A stretch of DNA of 64,000 nt, taken from assembly GCF_018977255.1 (NCBI RefSeq), contig NW_024704749.1:21514001-21578000 (forward strand), given 5' to 3'. Below the pieces are notes generated by a model that saw nothing but the letters and a program-made list of their open reading frames with translations, was not told the DNA's origin and searched no databases. This DNA comes from Callorhinchus milii. Lineage: Eukaryota. Shown here in pieces: positions 12,201 to 21,926 of the stretch; position 1 is the stretch's first letter, and each line of letters starts with the position of its first letter. The position numbers and the translations under genes were made by a program.

Positions 12201-15200
12201 GGAGCTTATTTTATTTAAAGATAAATGCGCCATTGGTGACATCAACTCTGCAATGGTAACCAATTGGGCAGGAAAACAGGATTGTGAGTATTCGGTGTGC
12301 AGGGTCACAGAGATGCAATGTTGTTTTGGCGGAAAAAGAGGCTGGTTGTAAAATGTATCATTAAACAGGGAAAAACACGATTGGATGATCCCTAGCAACT
12401 AGAATGGGATAATTGCCCTTAAAAAGAGTGAGCCTGCTAGTCTCCTGGTTGCTGTTTACCCGATGACATCAAGAAGTACATGCCTGACTGATACTGAGTA
12501 GTCCTCTTGGTCAGCAATTGTTTTTGCTGGTGCTGAGTGGCTGCGAGCTGGTGTTTAGTTAAAGTGTGACTTTAGTGTTTATTATTTCTTGGTGTCGTAT
12601 TTATCCGATTTGTCGGCAAGTGTTTAATGCTAATGCTTTGGGTTGTGTGTTTCATGGAACAGCAATAAAAATTCTGTTGACTTTTCTTGACCGTGTTTTC
12701 TCCAGCCTAATCAATCTGAAAGATTGACACATAAACAGGTTGAGCCTACGTCATAGTCTGCCAGTGCGAGACTGCTAACAGAAGCTTCCCAATGCAAATG
12801 GCAATTGTTAGTACCTGTTGTTGTGGTAACTCACTAGTGAAGTACACCTTAAATTAGGGACTTGCACTCATAGAGAGGGATCGAACACAGAGACCACGTG
12901 GCACACTCTGCGAGAGTGGGCGAGATATACATCGCGGGTGCACAAAAGTGGTGAGAACTGTCACAGGACAGACATCAGGAAGTCTTGCTTCACAAAGCTA
13001 AGGACTTGAACGGGTTACTTGGAAGGGTGGTTGAGGCCAGGACACTGAAAACATGAAGAATCAGCTTGATGCTGCACTGGGAAGATGGTAGGCTGAGTGT
13101 TCTGGAAAGATGAAATCAAATGGGTCAAAGGGGCTTCTTCAGGTGAAGCCCTCTTAAAATGATGATGGCGGAGCACGATTCCGAGCCTGGGGGAGGTGAC
13201 GCAGCATTACAGACCTAGAAAGTCAAAGGTAATACTGTATACCGAGGCCAAATTAGCAGATCTCAGATTAGCAAATCAGGGCTCTGCAATTTCTCTGCCT
13301 CCTGGGGTTCAGGAGTGGGGTGGGAGAGTGGGGGGAAGAGTGAGGGGGACATTCATGATTTCCACTGCTGATCATTATCCAGGATTTCTGCTGGAAACAA
13401 CCTGTAGAACATCCTCAAGTGAGAACATCCAGCTCAGCTGCAATGAGTTATACCAGGGTTCTGCAATTGGTGGCTCGCGGACTGATTTCATCCACCACTC
13501 CACCATTCTGGCAAGCAATGGAGATACCACTCACACCCTTACCATTACACGAGACACATTAAGCCTCTCGCACAACAACTTGTAATATACAGTGCCATTC
13601 ACGCAGGATAGCGCAGCCTCTCGGAGCTCTTAACAAAGGCATTGTTTGACACCGAACTGGGGAGAAAGGGGAGGTGGCCGTAGAAGAGGAATGTCTTCAA
13701 GTGCGATCTGATTACATTCAAATTAAGATGACTCACCGTTTCATTAGGATGCACCAGCAGTAGGTAGATCCCAGGATGTTTATCAAATGCCTGGAAGGAG
13801 AAATTCACCTTCTCCATTTTTGTAAGAGCCTCAATGCATAGTTGACCTGAAACAACAAAGGCTATTTGAGTATTATACGGTGTGATTATAGCTGGAGAGG
13901 GTACCAGAAGGGAGGTTTTGGCTGTTTCAGAATACAACAAAGTCTTAAACAAAAAAAGGCAATTTGTGAAAAACTCAAATTACTATTGTGAGTCGCAACT
14001 GATCCGCACTTGGGTGGTGGTCTCTGGAAAAACACCCAGATATTTTTAGTTTAGATAGGTCAAATAATGGGTTCAGTGGGAGACTGAGCACGGGAAAGTC
14101 AGCCTGTAGTGACAAATTGTCTGTGTCGTCTCTGCTCAATAACCGATTTATTCCAATGTTCAAGGAGAAACTAGTCTCGAACGAGTGTCCCAAAAAAACA
14201 GTCACGCTATTGCAAAATGCGGTCGCAAAGCTGTTCCAACCCGGGACAAGAACGAACAAAAACTCGCAACGCCGTGTATGTTTGGTGTTACATTTGCAAC
14301 AACTTGCATTTATATCTATATTACCCATTACGCAGGGTAGAGTCCCGGAGCGCCTACACTCTGTGCTGAGCCAAGGTTGCAGAGGTGACTGCACTTTAGT
14401 CAGTGTGATGAATCTGCCCAGTGATGAGGAACAGTGTGGAGTGATGTCTGAACTGAAACAAAGGCCACCTAGTACTCTTTGTGTTAACAAAATTTGCGTG
14501 TAACAACACGGGTGAGAACGGTTGTAATGTGTAGCATGGTAGGCCCCAGAGTAATGCACAAGGTCAGGGTTACTCACTGAGGCCTTCGTCCAACAGCAGG
14601 TATGGGTACTTGAGAATCTCCAGGATGGGGACCCGCAGGTTGTTCTCTAAGTCGGGCCCCGTGTAGCCACAGAGCTGAATCTCTTGCTCGTTTTCAATCA
14701 AAAACAACTCGTCATCCTCCAGTTCGGCCTTTAAAGCATTTTCAAAATGGTCAATCAAACGCTTGGTCTCCAGTTTGCACAGAGCCTGTAGGAGTCAATC
14801 ACCAGACATCAGCAACTCACCAAATTTACCCTCCGTGACTTTAAAAATATCGTAAGTGGTTACATTCTGCAATTAGACAAAAGGGGTAGCAAACAGGGGT
14901 TACCACGCTGGAGACAACTGACTGCTCATTTGTGGGAAGCTGATTGCTCTCATGGCAAGGGATGGTGCACTGCCCAGAAGGATGTACGATCATTTGGGGG
15001 AGTGGAGTGGGGGAAAGAGAGAGAGTGTGAGTGAAAGAGGAAGAAAAAAATCACAGCAAGCCCAATCCTGTCCAAACCTAAGGTCCACAAATTACCATTT
15101 TCCAACAATCAGGAGCCTTTAACATGCCTCCCTACCCACCTCCTCAACCCAAAGAAGTTGAGGCTAAAGGTTCTCCAGTCATTACGGAGTTACCATTGGA

Positions 15201-15683
15201 ATGCAAGAATTGCTAGACGAAAGAAGATCAAGGGCCATTCAGTTCACCTTCAGGACCACCATCCTGACAGTCACTTTGGCAGTCGCTTGCACAGTTCATG
15301 TCCAAATTATATAGTGTATCTTGCGAAATTATTTCTTAAAAGAAATCGATTGAATTTGCTTTTGAAAGAATCAATACTTTCTGCTTCCACCACATCCCTA
15401 GGATCTTGTTCCAGACATTTGCCAGGACTGAAATGAAGGCATGAGTCACACAACACAGTTGAGCAGTACACCTTTATCTCCCACCCTTGGGTCTGTACAT
15501 CACCTTGTGTTTTGCATGGACTTCATCGCGTGCTTGATGATATTCCACCACACACTCCAAGCAGTAGCAGAGATCTTCATTGGCTGCTTTCACTTCTTGT
15601 GAGGAGAGCTCACCCGAACAATACTGGAGTAAAAACTGGACGGTTGTCTGGCCTCTTGGGGTGCACCAACGGCACGTGCTCAT
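1..15683 (-). CDS. SETX: Senataxin (Sen1-family RNA/DNA helicase), 5' part; multi-exon, continues beyond window start. Coding exons: 15504-15683, 14578-14785, 13737-13846, 11606-11822, 10875-10994, 9977-10145, 9527-9635, 4377-8926, 3658-3766, 2597-2764, <1-224
   Basis: Spliced translation MSTCRWCTP...NEDLCYCLECVVEYH / LRVPILEILKYPYLLL / FDKHPGIYLLLVHPNE / VRKWAILTARSLGKVERDDFYDLQEV / DPFWPALQCFMVILDRLGSKVWGQL / DTGWKNAICPDYYPNMYDEMQTL...HNSTFLWFIPFV matches vertebrate senataxin. All introns GT-AG with consistent phases. One frameshift inside the giant exon. Confidence 0.97.
290..1328 (+). mobile_element. L2-clade LINE, degenerate 3' part (RT domain and tail)
   Basis: GVPQGSILGPLLFIIY, GKTEGILFG, NLGIRFDPQLSF, LVHAFDTSKLDFSNALL, QLIQNSAA, LHWLPI, APKLWNSLP across frameshifts; tail gggcgctatataaatgtaagttattgttg. 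Confidence 0.92.
1595..1760 (-). mobile_element. tRNA-headed SINE, 5' part
   Basis: Reverse complement of the family head and ctctgtttacc-agcagtaagtaggaacc body. Confidence 0.8.
1835..2515 (+). mobile_element. Solo LTR (probable Gypsy-type)
   Basis: TGTAAGA...TCTTACA termini with extended imperfect inverted repeat; flanks ttac/ttat (4-bp TSD, one mismatch); AATAAA at 2459; internal 27-bp tandem duplication at 2095-2148. Confidence 0.75.
2597..2764 (-). CDS. SETX: SETX coding exon 10
   Basis: gttcag|VSLHDTNFNKHQQPKEDDVVFLW...HLGHISRASYSSD|gtgagt; PKEDDVVFL resembles human PKENDLVFL. Confidence 0.9.
3083..3285. mobile_element. Two SINE 3' tails in inverted arrangement
   Basis: aataataatacttgcattt...aagcgcttcacag followed by ctgtgaagcgctttgag...aaatgcaaggattattatt. 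Confidence 0.8.
3410..3630 (-). mobile_element. tRNA-headed SINE, internally deleted
   Basis: Tail, body and head motifs in reverse complement. Confidence 0.8.
3658..3766 (-). CDS. SETX: SETX coding exon 9
   Basis: ttatgcag|LAKEWTESRQSHRLIQNSLTLKNHWVQEQIYRAEFQ|gtgaga; phase 0 to 1 fits neighbours. Confidence 0.88.
3825..4280 (+). mobile_element. L2 LINE 3' fragment
   Basis: ctccactggctccccatc (LHWLP), ttcaaaatcctcatcctcaccttcaag, tail gtgaaaggcactctacaaatgtaa. Confidence 0.85.
4377..8926 (-). CDS. SETX: SETX giant exon (end of N-terminal domain plus long disordered region); 4550 nt with an apparent 1-nt frameshift at 5243-5330
   Basis: ORFs 5243..8974 and 4299..5252 together carry DTGWKNAICPDY, SQFFEFETEEEIYSVW, EKLGLKKKTRKAFDLSQ, KTKLISPQ, LTQRDPVDMDL, IKDVLKWTYQMF, YYPLMMLNTFEQ; bounded by tttcag and CAG|gtgagt. 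Confidence 0.95.
9527..9635 (-). CDS. SETX: SETX coding exon 7
   Basis: ttcaacag|SKRIKSDLDDGDGDYDDNLVSCSQIVYDYNTKRQNK|gtacct; CSQIVY motif conserved. Confidence 0.93.
9977..10145 (-). CDS. SETX: SETX coding exon 6
   Basis: ttatag|DDTSDPFWPALQCFMVILDRLGSKVWGQLIDPMEAFQTITGSHSYNKEIENIRNNV|gtgagt (not in the ORF track). Confidence 0.95.
10170..10372 (-). mobile_element. L2 LINE 3' end
   Basis: caacaacttgcatttatatacagcgcc tail and ttccaaagctttggggtatag core, as in the other L2 ends. Confidence 0.75.
10875..10994 (-). CDS. SETX: SETX coding exon 5
   Basis: gtgtag|GICMLFMVLDEQAMDSLLLAQDKQNDFMNSILNTMKKSEE|gtaagt. Confidence 0.95.
11045..11262 (-). mobile_element. SINE fragment
   Basis: aataataatccttgcatttg tail through gggttcctacttac body. 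Confidence 0.8.
11290..11385 (-). mobile_element. Old Deu-domain SINE fragment (AmnSINE1/SacSINE1-like)
   Basis: Reverse complement cttgagttcatagcccaggctggcgcttcagtgcagaactggagggcgctg resembles the Deu consensus as recalled (cttgagcacataatccaggctgacactccagtgcagtactgagggagtgctg). Confidence 0.55.
11606..11822 (-). CDS. SETX: SETX coding exon 4
   Basis: tctag|VRKWAILTARSLGKVERDDFYDLQEV...HLYDITNHKNYWL|gtgagt. Confidence 0.95.
12005..12737 (+). mobile_element. Probable solo LTR
   Basis: TGTTATG...CATAAACA termini; AATAAA at about 12664, 70 nt before the end; TSD not clean. Confidence 0.5.
12890..13155 (+). mobile_element. CR1 LINE 3' fragment
   Basis: cagagaccacgtggcacac...ttcttcac-like core, gtggttgaggc, 3' UTR-like gatgaaatcaaatgggtcaaagggc. 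Confidence 0.55.
13737..13846 (-). CDS. SETX: SETX coding exon 3
   Basis: tttcag|QLCIEALTKMEKVNFSFQAFDKHPGIYLLLVHPNET|gtgagt. Confidence 0.95.
14578..14785 (-). CDS. SETX: SETX coding exon 2
   Basis: ctcctacag|ALCKLETKRLIDHFE...LRVPILEILKYPYLLLDEGL|gtgagt. Confidence 0.95.
15205..15425 (-). mobile_element. CR1 3' fragment
   Basis: aagaattgctagacgaaagaagatcaagggccattcagttcacc...ttctgcttccaccac; same family as 16645-16850 and 56560-56700. Confidence 0.65.
15504..15683 (-). CDS. SETX: SETX first coding exon (ATG at 15683; acceptor puts exon start at 15691)
   Basis: MSTCRWCTPRGQTTVQFLLQYCSGELSSQEVKAANEDLCYCLECVVEYHQARDEVHAKHK followed by AAG|GTGATG donor. Confidence 0.95.
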
Positions 15684-16057
15684 CTTACCCTCTGTAACAG
15701 GAGAAACACAACTCAGCCAAACGCTCAGCAGACAGTGTGCGACTGAACTGTTGGCTCACTGCATAAATACCCAACACTAACTTTCTAATAGTCACATCCC
15801 CACTGGCGACACCCATAGGGATTTCAGCCGCAATACACAAAGCATTCAGACAAACAGATGTGTACATTACTAAATGTGTAGCACTCTCCATCTCTTTCAT
15901 AGGCACAGAACCCACTTCATGGGTTAGTCCTTTGCTCCCTGTCTCTGTACCAGGTGCACTTCCCTTAATTATTCTGAACTAATCAAAGACTTCCAGTAAT
16001 CAGTGTGCTGGATCTTTAGATCACCTGAGGGTACGTCTGGAAAAACAGCAGAGACAG

Positions 16058-16625
16058 AACAACAAATTACATTTGTATGGTGCCTTTCATGTCAGGATGA
16101 CATCCCAAGACGCTGGACAGTTAGGGATCCACACCTGAACTGGTGGTTGGATCAGGAAGGGTGTAGGGTAGGAGGGTGACCAAAGGCACAGTCGAAGAGG
16201 AGGGTCTTGAAGGAGGCAAGGCAAGGCGGAGGGACTTTGGCTGGAGTTCCACAGAGTGCGGGCAGAGTGGCTGAAGGGCCGCCAGCCAATGATGGGTGGG
16301 CAATACAGGGGAAGTGAAGTAGGCTGGAGCCCACTGAGTGGAGGGAGTGGACAGGTTGGTAGGTGGTTAAGAGGTCACAGAGGCAGGAGCAAGGCCATGG
16401 AGGGCTTTGAAGGTGAGGACCAGGAGAGGATCTTGAACTGTATCCTCTGAGTGATGGGGAGCCAGTGGATCCAGGCGAGGATGGGGGTGATTGGGTTGCG
16501 GAGCCTGGTGTGGGAGCGGACACAAGCTGCAGAGTTCTAAATGATCTGCAGCCTGTGGAGGGAGGAGTCGGGGAGGCCGACACAAGGGAGTTTGCGTAGT
16601 CGAGCCTGGATGTGATAAAGACACA
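16058..16625 (-). mobile_element. L2 LINE 3' fragment
   Basis: FITSRLDYANSL; gatggggagccagtgga (LHWLP); tail caacaaattacatttgtatggtgcctttca. Confidence 0.85.
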
Positions 16626-16644
16626 GATACATGGTTCAGATCCA

Positions 16645-16850
16645 TAAGAACTTGCCAGGTGAAAGAAGAGCAAGTTCCATCTAGTTCCCCTTCCACTATC
16701 CTGGCAGTCACTTGACATGTCGTGTCCCAAATTATATACTGTATCCCGAGATATTAGTTTCTAGCAGAAATCTATGTGATTTGTTCTTGAAACAAACACT
16801 TTCTGCTTCCACCATCTCCTTAGGAAGCCTGTTCCATCCAGACAAGTTGT
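16645..16850 (-). mobile_element. CR1 3' fragment
   Basis: cataagaacttgccaggtgaaagaagagcaagttccatctagttc...ttctgcttccaccatc. Confidence 0.65.
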
Positions 16851-17514
16851 TTTGGTGCACACACAAATCTGGGATCACTTGCACTGTGCCATTGTATGTG
16901 ACGCTTACCAGAGTATATGAAAGTGAAACTATTTTATTAAACTTTCAGTATCGTTTCCCACATTTCCGTCCTCTTTCCTGCTGCTCTCAGACAGTCTGCC
17001 TTTGAGCACCTCTACCTCACTGTAAACAATCCTATCTCCACAGTGCAACCACTCCTCCTGTAAGTCTGAAAAGGTAGACTGCGTGAGGGAGTCAAATTAA
17101 TTTAATTCAATGCAATGACAAACTCACTGAAGCAAACTGAACCGGATCTATTGAGTTTTTGTTAATTTGTCTCTCCCTCATATTAATAAAACCCGGAATA
17201 AACAGAAACAAAGCACCCACAAGTCAAATTGGCTTGTCTAATACAGTAAGGACACCAACATCTAACAATCTTTCTCCAGGCATTCTGAAGCAAAGCAAAT
17301 TTACATAGGTTCCCTTTAGACAGAACACAGTTATAAATACCCGTGTAGACTTGCCATCACTGGAGTGATTCGACTGTATTCTTTAGCTCCTGTACAACTG
17401 TGGCCACTGCACACGACCAAACTCAATCCTCAACATAATCACTGCTTCACACAATCCATGTGGTTCTCACACTCAGGACTTTTCCTTGAGGTTTTAATAA
17501 ATGTTTGTATCACC

Positions 17515-17930
17515 AGGTAGTGGGTTCAAACCCCTCAAAATACCTTGAGCTCACAATCCAGGGCTTGAGCTCATAATCCTGGCCTTGAGCTCACAGCCCA
17601 GACTACAGTGCAGTACTTGGAAACACTGCATTCATTAGTGGAGGTGCCATGCTTTAACTCTTGCTAACCATGTGCCATCTGCCTGATCTGCTGATACATG
17701 TAAATATTAAAGATTCCACAAAAAAAGAAGCAATGTGCTCCCTTTTTGATTACAAGACAGATTGCTAATTACCTTCCGCCTGTGACAGTTCAGGTGGTCG
17801 TTAAACGATCCCGGAGCACTTCTCAAAACAGAATGGAGCTTCTCTCAGTGTCCTATCCAACAATCCACCAGAAAAAATAATTGCTCACTTCACAGCTGTT
17901 TGTGGGACACTGCTGTGTGTCAGTACGCTC
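17515..17930 (+). mobile_element. Old DeuSINE (SacSINE1/AmnSINE1-like) with an internal 20-bp triplication
   Basis: gggttcaaacccc B box; cttgagctca repeated at 17544, 17564, 17584; cagtgcagtact...ggaggtgcc; caggtggtcgttaaacgatccc; gctgtttgtgggacactgctgtg. Confidence 0.65.
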
Positions 17931-18714
17931 GACAGGAAATCCTATGATGTGCTTCGAGTCATTTAATAATACGCAAGAGAGCTCTATCAACTGTTTTTTT
18001 TAAAAATAGGCTTGATGGGCCAAATAGTCTCAGCTCCTGCGTTATAATTTGACTGACTGTTTTACAGAAAGTATGAGATGCAAAACACACATCTTTCAGT
18101 ATTCTAAAAGCCCACTGAAAGACTGCAACAAAAAGTGTTTCTTTTTGTTTCCATCTGTAGTCTGGCACCTTTACCCGGTCCACTTAAAAGGCATCCTGTT
18201 TATGCCATTTAAAAAGTGAAGCAAAAGCAATTAGGAGTAAACTTGATTCATCCATTAGGGAGAAGGAAATAACAAGGTAATTGGGAAAGGCGAAGGCTTG
18301 TGTGTCGTACAGACATTGGCATGCAAGCTAGTTAAACAAAAAATAACCAACCCATGCGATGTTAATTATTTTGCAGTCAAACTGGAATGGCATATGCAAC
18401 AACAACACATGACATTTGTATTGTGCTGTACAAATATCATTTGTTGCTGCACACATCCACCTTTCTGCAGTAGCATCAACAGATTTAGCCACAGAGTGGG
18501 GATTGGCGCGCCTCACCGCAAACTCGTCGATAATAATAATAATAATAATAATCCTTGCATTTGACACATCACCTTTCACATCAGGGGAATGTCTCGCAGT
18601 GCTTCACAGGAGATACTGTAAAGTGTAGTGACTGAATTTTCCAGCCAAACAACTTGGTTGGGCTGAACGGGCCGCCGTGGTCGTGTGCTACCAGCCCCAG
18701 TACTCCATCCCCCG

Positions 18715-18945
18715 GACACACGCGCATGCACACGCGCATGCACACACGCATGCACACAGCACCCCCATGCGTGCGTACACACACACAGCACTACCTCCAG
18801 CGCGCGCACACACATATATACACAGACACAAACACGTGTGTGTGTATATATATATACACACCCACACACAGCACACACATCCACGTACACACACATCTGT
18901 ACACATACACCTGTATACACAGCCACCCAGACACACACGGACACC
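18715..18945. repeat. Degenerate (CA)n/(TA)n microsatellite
   Basis: cacacgcgcatgcacac...tatatatacacac; source of the spurious HT/CV-rich ORFs. Confidence 0.9.
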
Positions 18946-19009
18946 TCTCCCAGGCAGGTGCACCCCCCACCCCGGGTACATGTACCCCTCCTCCTCCTCC
19001 TCCTCCTCC

Positions 19010-19295
19010 CCTCGCGCCACAACACCCTCGAGCCCCGGCGGCGCTCTCTCCCGTCTTGTCGCCGCGAGCCTCGGTCAGCGACGAAAAGCGGCGCTCCGGC
19101 CGCGGCTTCAGGGCCGCGAACTGACGTACCGGATCCGGGCCCGGGTCCCGGCCGAGTCCCCGGCGGCGCGAGTGGGCCTCGGGCTCGGCCTCGGCAGCTC
19201 CCGCCGCACTGCGCGGCTCAGCTCCCGGCCGGAAATGAGGTCACCCGCCCCGCCCCCTACAGTTGCCCCGCCCCCTACAGTTGCCCCCGCCCACT
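19010..19295 (-). promoter_or_regulatory. SETX: CpG-island promoter and probable non-coding first exon of SETX (donor CCG|GTACGT, exon end 19130)
   Basis: Very CpG-dense tract; ETS-type CCGGAAAT near 19229; tandem GC boxes CCGCCCC in a repeated cgccccctacagttgccc unit at about 19245-19292; about 3.4 kb upstream of the first coding exon. Confidence 0.75.
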
Positions 19296-19794
19296 CACAC
19301 ACACACACACACACAAACATGCCCTACACGCAAGAATTATTATTATTATTATTATTATTGTTATTATTGTTATTAAGAGCCCCCTGACCCGCTTGCAGGG
19401 CACGAAGGGCTATCGGTCAGTTCGCGATGTCCGCAAGACCGGCCTGCAACGCCCCCAAACCCCCCCGGTCTCGCCCCTTCCAGAAAACCTACCCTACCCT
19501 ACCGGGTCGCAGCATTCGAGCGACAGTAAAACTCCCGTATCAGTTGGGGAAAAAATACATTTAACGTGACTTACGCAAAGTACGAGTTACGTTCAAACTT
19601 GCGTAGCATATAAACTCTTGAACGGGACTTGCGCAGATGTACGGCTTAGGCGATGATACGACTTATGTAGATCAGACTCGTGCGAGTTTTACTCTATTTT
19701 TTAAACTAGTCCCCGGCGCCCTGGCCTCCTGTAACCTTCCCCGGTCTTTCTTGCTGCTGTACGAGCCACACAGAAGACACTACGGTGTTAAACA

Positions 19795-21452
19795 CATAGA
19801 ATCATAGAATTTTTACAACACCAAAGGAGGCCATTCGACCCACCGGATCCATGCCGGCTCTTTGAAAGAGCTGTCCAGATTAATCCCACTCCCCCACGCT
19901 CTCCCCATAGCTATGCAAATTTGTCCTCCCCAAATATCTCTTGAAAGTTGTTATCGAATCGGCTTCCACCACCCTTTCAGGCAATGCATTCCAGATACAA
20001 ACAATCTACCTTAACCTTACCTGCTCCAAGGAAATAATCCTAGTTTCTCTCGCCTCTCCTCATAACTGAAGTCCTCATTCCTGGTACCCTCCTGGTAAAT
20101 CTCCTTCGTACCCTCTCCAAGGCTTGACATACTTCCTAAAGTGTGGTGCCGAGAACTGAACACAGTACTCCAACTGAAGCCTAACCAGTGTTTTATAAAC
20201 CTCTTTACTTTTGTATTCTGTTAGAAAAGATTGATATCGAAATAATACTATAGAAGGTTGTACTAAAGGAAACTATATATATACACACACATCTATATTC
20301 AACATGTATGTAACAATAAGACTGAAGCACCAAGGTAAAATAGAAACTGTTAGAAACTGCTAGAAACTGTTAATTTTGACCAGGACTAAAATATTAGGAA
20401 TCTGTTTGATAAGCTGAGCTCTAAAGGTTAACGGTCAGTCAGTTGCAATGGAAGGAGCAACAACAACAACAACAACAAAATTACATTTGTTTTCATGTCG
20501 GGATAACGGACTGTCACGAATAGAACCAGTTAAACTTTTTAGATTCCTCAATACAAGAAGACTGCAATGCGCTGGTAACATAGAAAACCGCATTCATTTA
20601 AACATACCTAAGTAAAGCAACCCAGCTTTCTGTAAACATATGTCAATCTATCTAATTGTTTTCACCAGTCAGGGATAGGCACCGACCCTGAAAAGGAAAA
20701 ACAAGCTGGTGCTGAGAAATAATGAATAGGCTGCTTTTACTCGGGGACTCCCGGTTGGCTGCAAAGAAGATAAGAAACTAACACAAGGAAGGAGTAAGTG
20801 GCCAACCCCCAATTGGGGGAACTAAGGGGAGGATACGTGGAGCAAATAGTATAACTATCCTAACTTTAGGCAAGTAAAGCAGCAATTTCAGTGGATAGAA
20901 GACGCATCGAAGTTCTTGCAACTGACTGCTCCGAAACCGGTCGTATACATTTGATTACTTGTAGCGGCATTAGTATTTTACTTGTTTTGTATTCGTTACT
21001 TTGATTGATAAAAACTCTATTACACCTTTATGGATTGTCGGGGCATTATTCGAACTTCGGGCTCGGAAATCCCAACAATTCTATGCCTCTGATATAAAGC
21101 CAAGTATCCCATATGCTTTTTAAAAAAAAACACCTTTATCTACTTGCCCTGCCACCTTCAAAGATTGGCTTATGTGGACCCCTGGCTCTCTATTCCTGCA
21201 CCCCTTTAAGATTGTACCATCTATCTTATATTACCTCTCCTCATTCTTCTTCTCAAAATGCATCACTTTGCATTTAACCTACTATGCGTCTGCCCATTTC
21301 ACCAGTCTGTCCTTTTGCAGTCAGCTACGATCCTCACCGTTTACTACTTTCCTAGCTTTGTATCATCTGCAAACTTGGAAGTTGTACTCCCTATATCCAA
21401 GTCCAGATCGTTTATATCGAACAAAAAGAGCAGCGGTGCTAATACCGACTCC
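19795..21452 (-). mobile_element. CR1 LINE 3' portion interrupted by a solo LTR
   Basis: catagaatcatagaat tail; RT motif INDLDLDIGSTTSKFADDTKLG (21344-21430); ccgagaactgaacacagtactcca (LEYCVQFS). Confidence 0.9.
20219..21077 (+). mobile_element. Solo LTR inserted in the CR1
   Basis: TGTT...AACA termini with perfect 4-bp TSD ATTC (20215-20218, 21078-21081); removal restores cttttgtattctatgcctct. Confidence 0.88.
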
Positions 21453-21926
21453 ATGAACTCTTCAGCCTCACGTATGTTGTGCAGTAACACCAGCCTCTCT
21501 TCGAGCTCAGAAAACCCTGAGCTTGAGCAGCTGGAGGCACTTCCTACACACGTGTTTGTCCAGGACAAAGTAACACAAAGTGTCCTGGAGTTCCTCCACG
21601 GTACAAAACATGCAATGTGTTTTAGCTGCCCTGCCATATTCCCAGACGTTTTTAATATTATTTATTTAATAGTTATGCACCTCTTCCTCATCGGCATCTA
21701 ATTCCCACTCTCAGCAAATTCCTGCACAGAATTCCACCTCACTCAGTTGCCGCCTCATACTGCTGGGCTCTCGCAAGTTTTCCCCCTTTGTATAGGACTC
21801 ACACACCCAGTTTCAAATGGTCAGCATATTAATTAACCCACAACACCTGGTCTGTGACCAAGTGCCACTTTGATTTGTTTATCTGTTAACTCGAAAAGTT
21901 CTCTCTTCCTCAAGATAGAATTCCTA

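Noticed and set aside
13975-14577. 200-aa minus-strand ORF in a SETX intron
   Set aside because: Begins at the splice donor GTG, crosses an L2/SINE tail and has no recognisable homology.
17074-17351. Possible insertion bounded by a gtagact direct repeat
   Set aside because: A 7-bp match with no terminal repeats or tail could be chance.
18576-19569. Long His/Thr-, Cys/Val- and Pro/Arg-rich ORFs
   Set aside because: Translate a CA microsatellite, the CpG island and a (TTA)n tract; no protein family signal.
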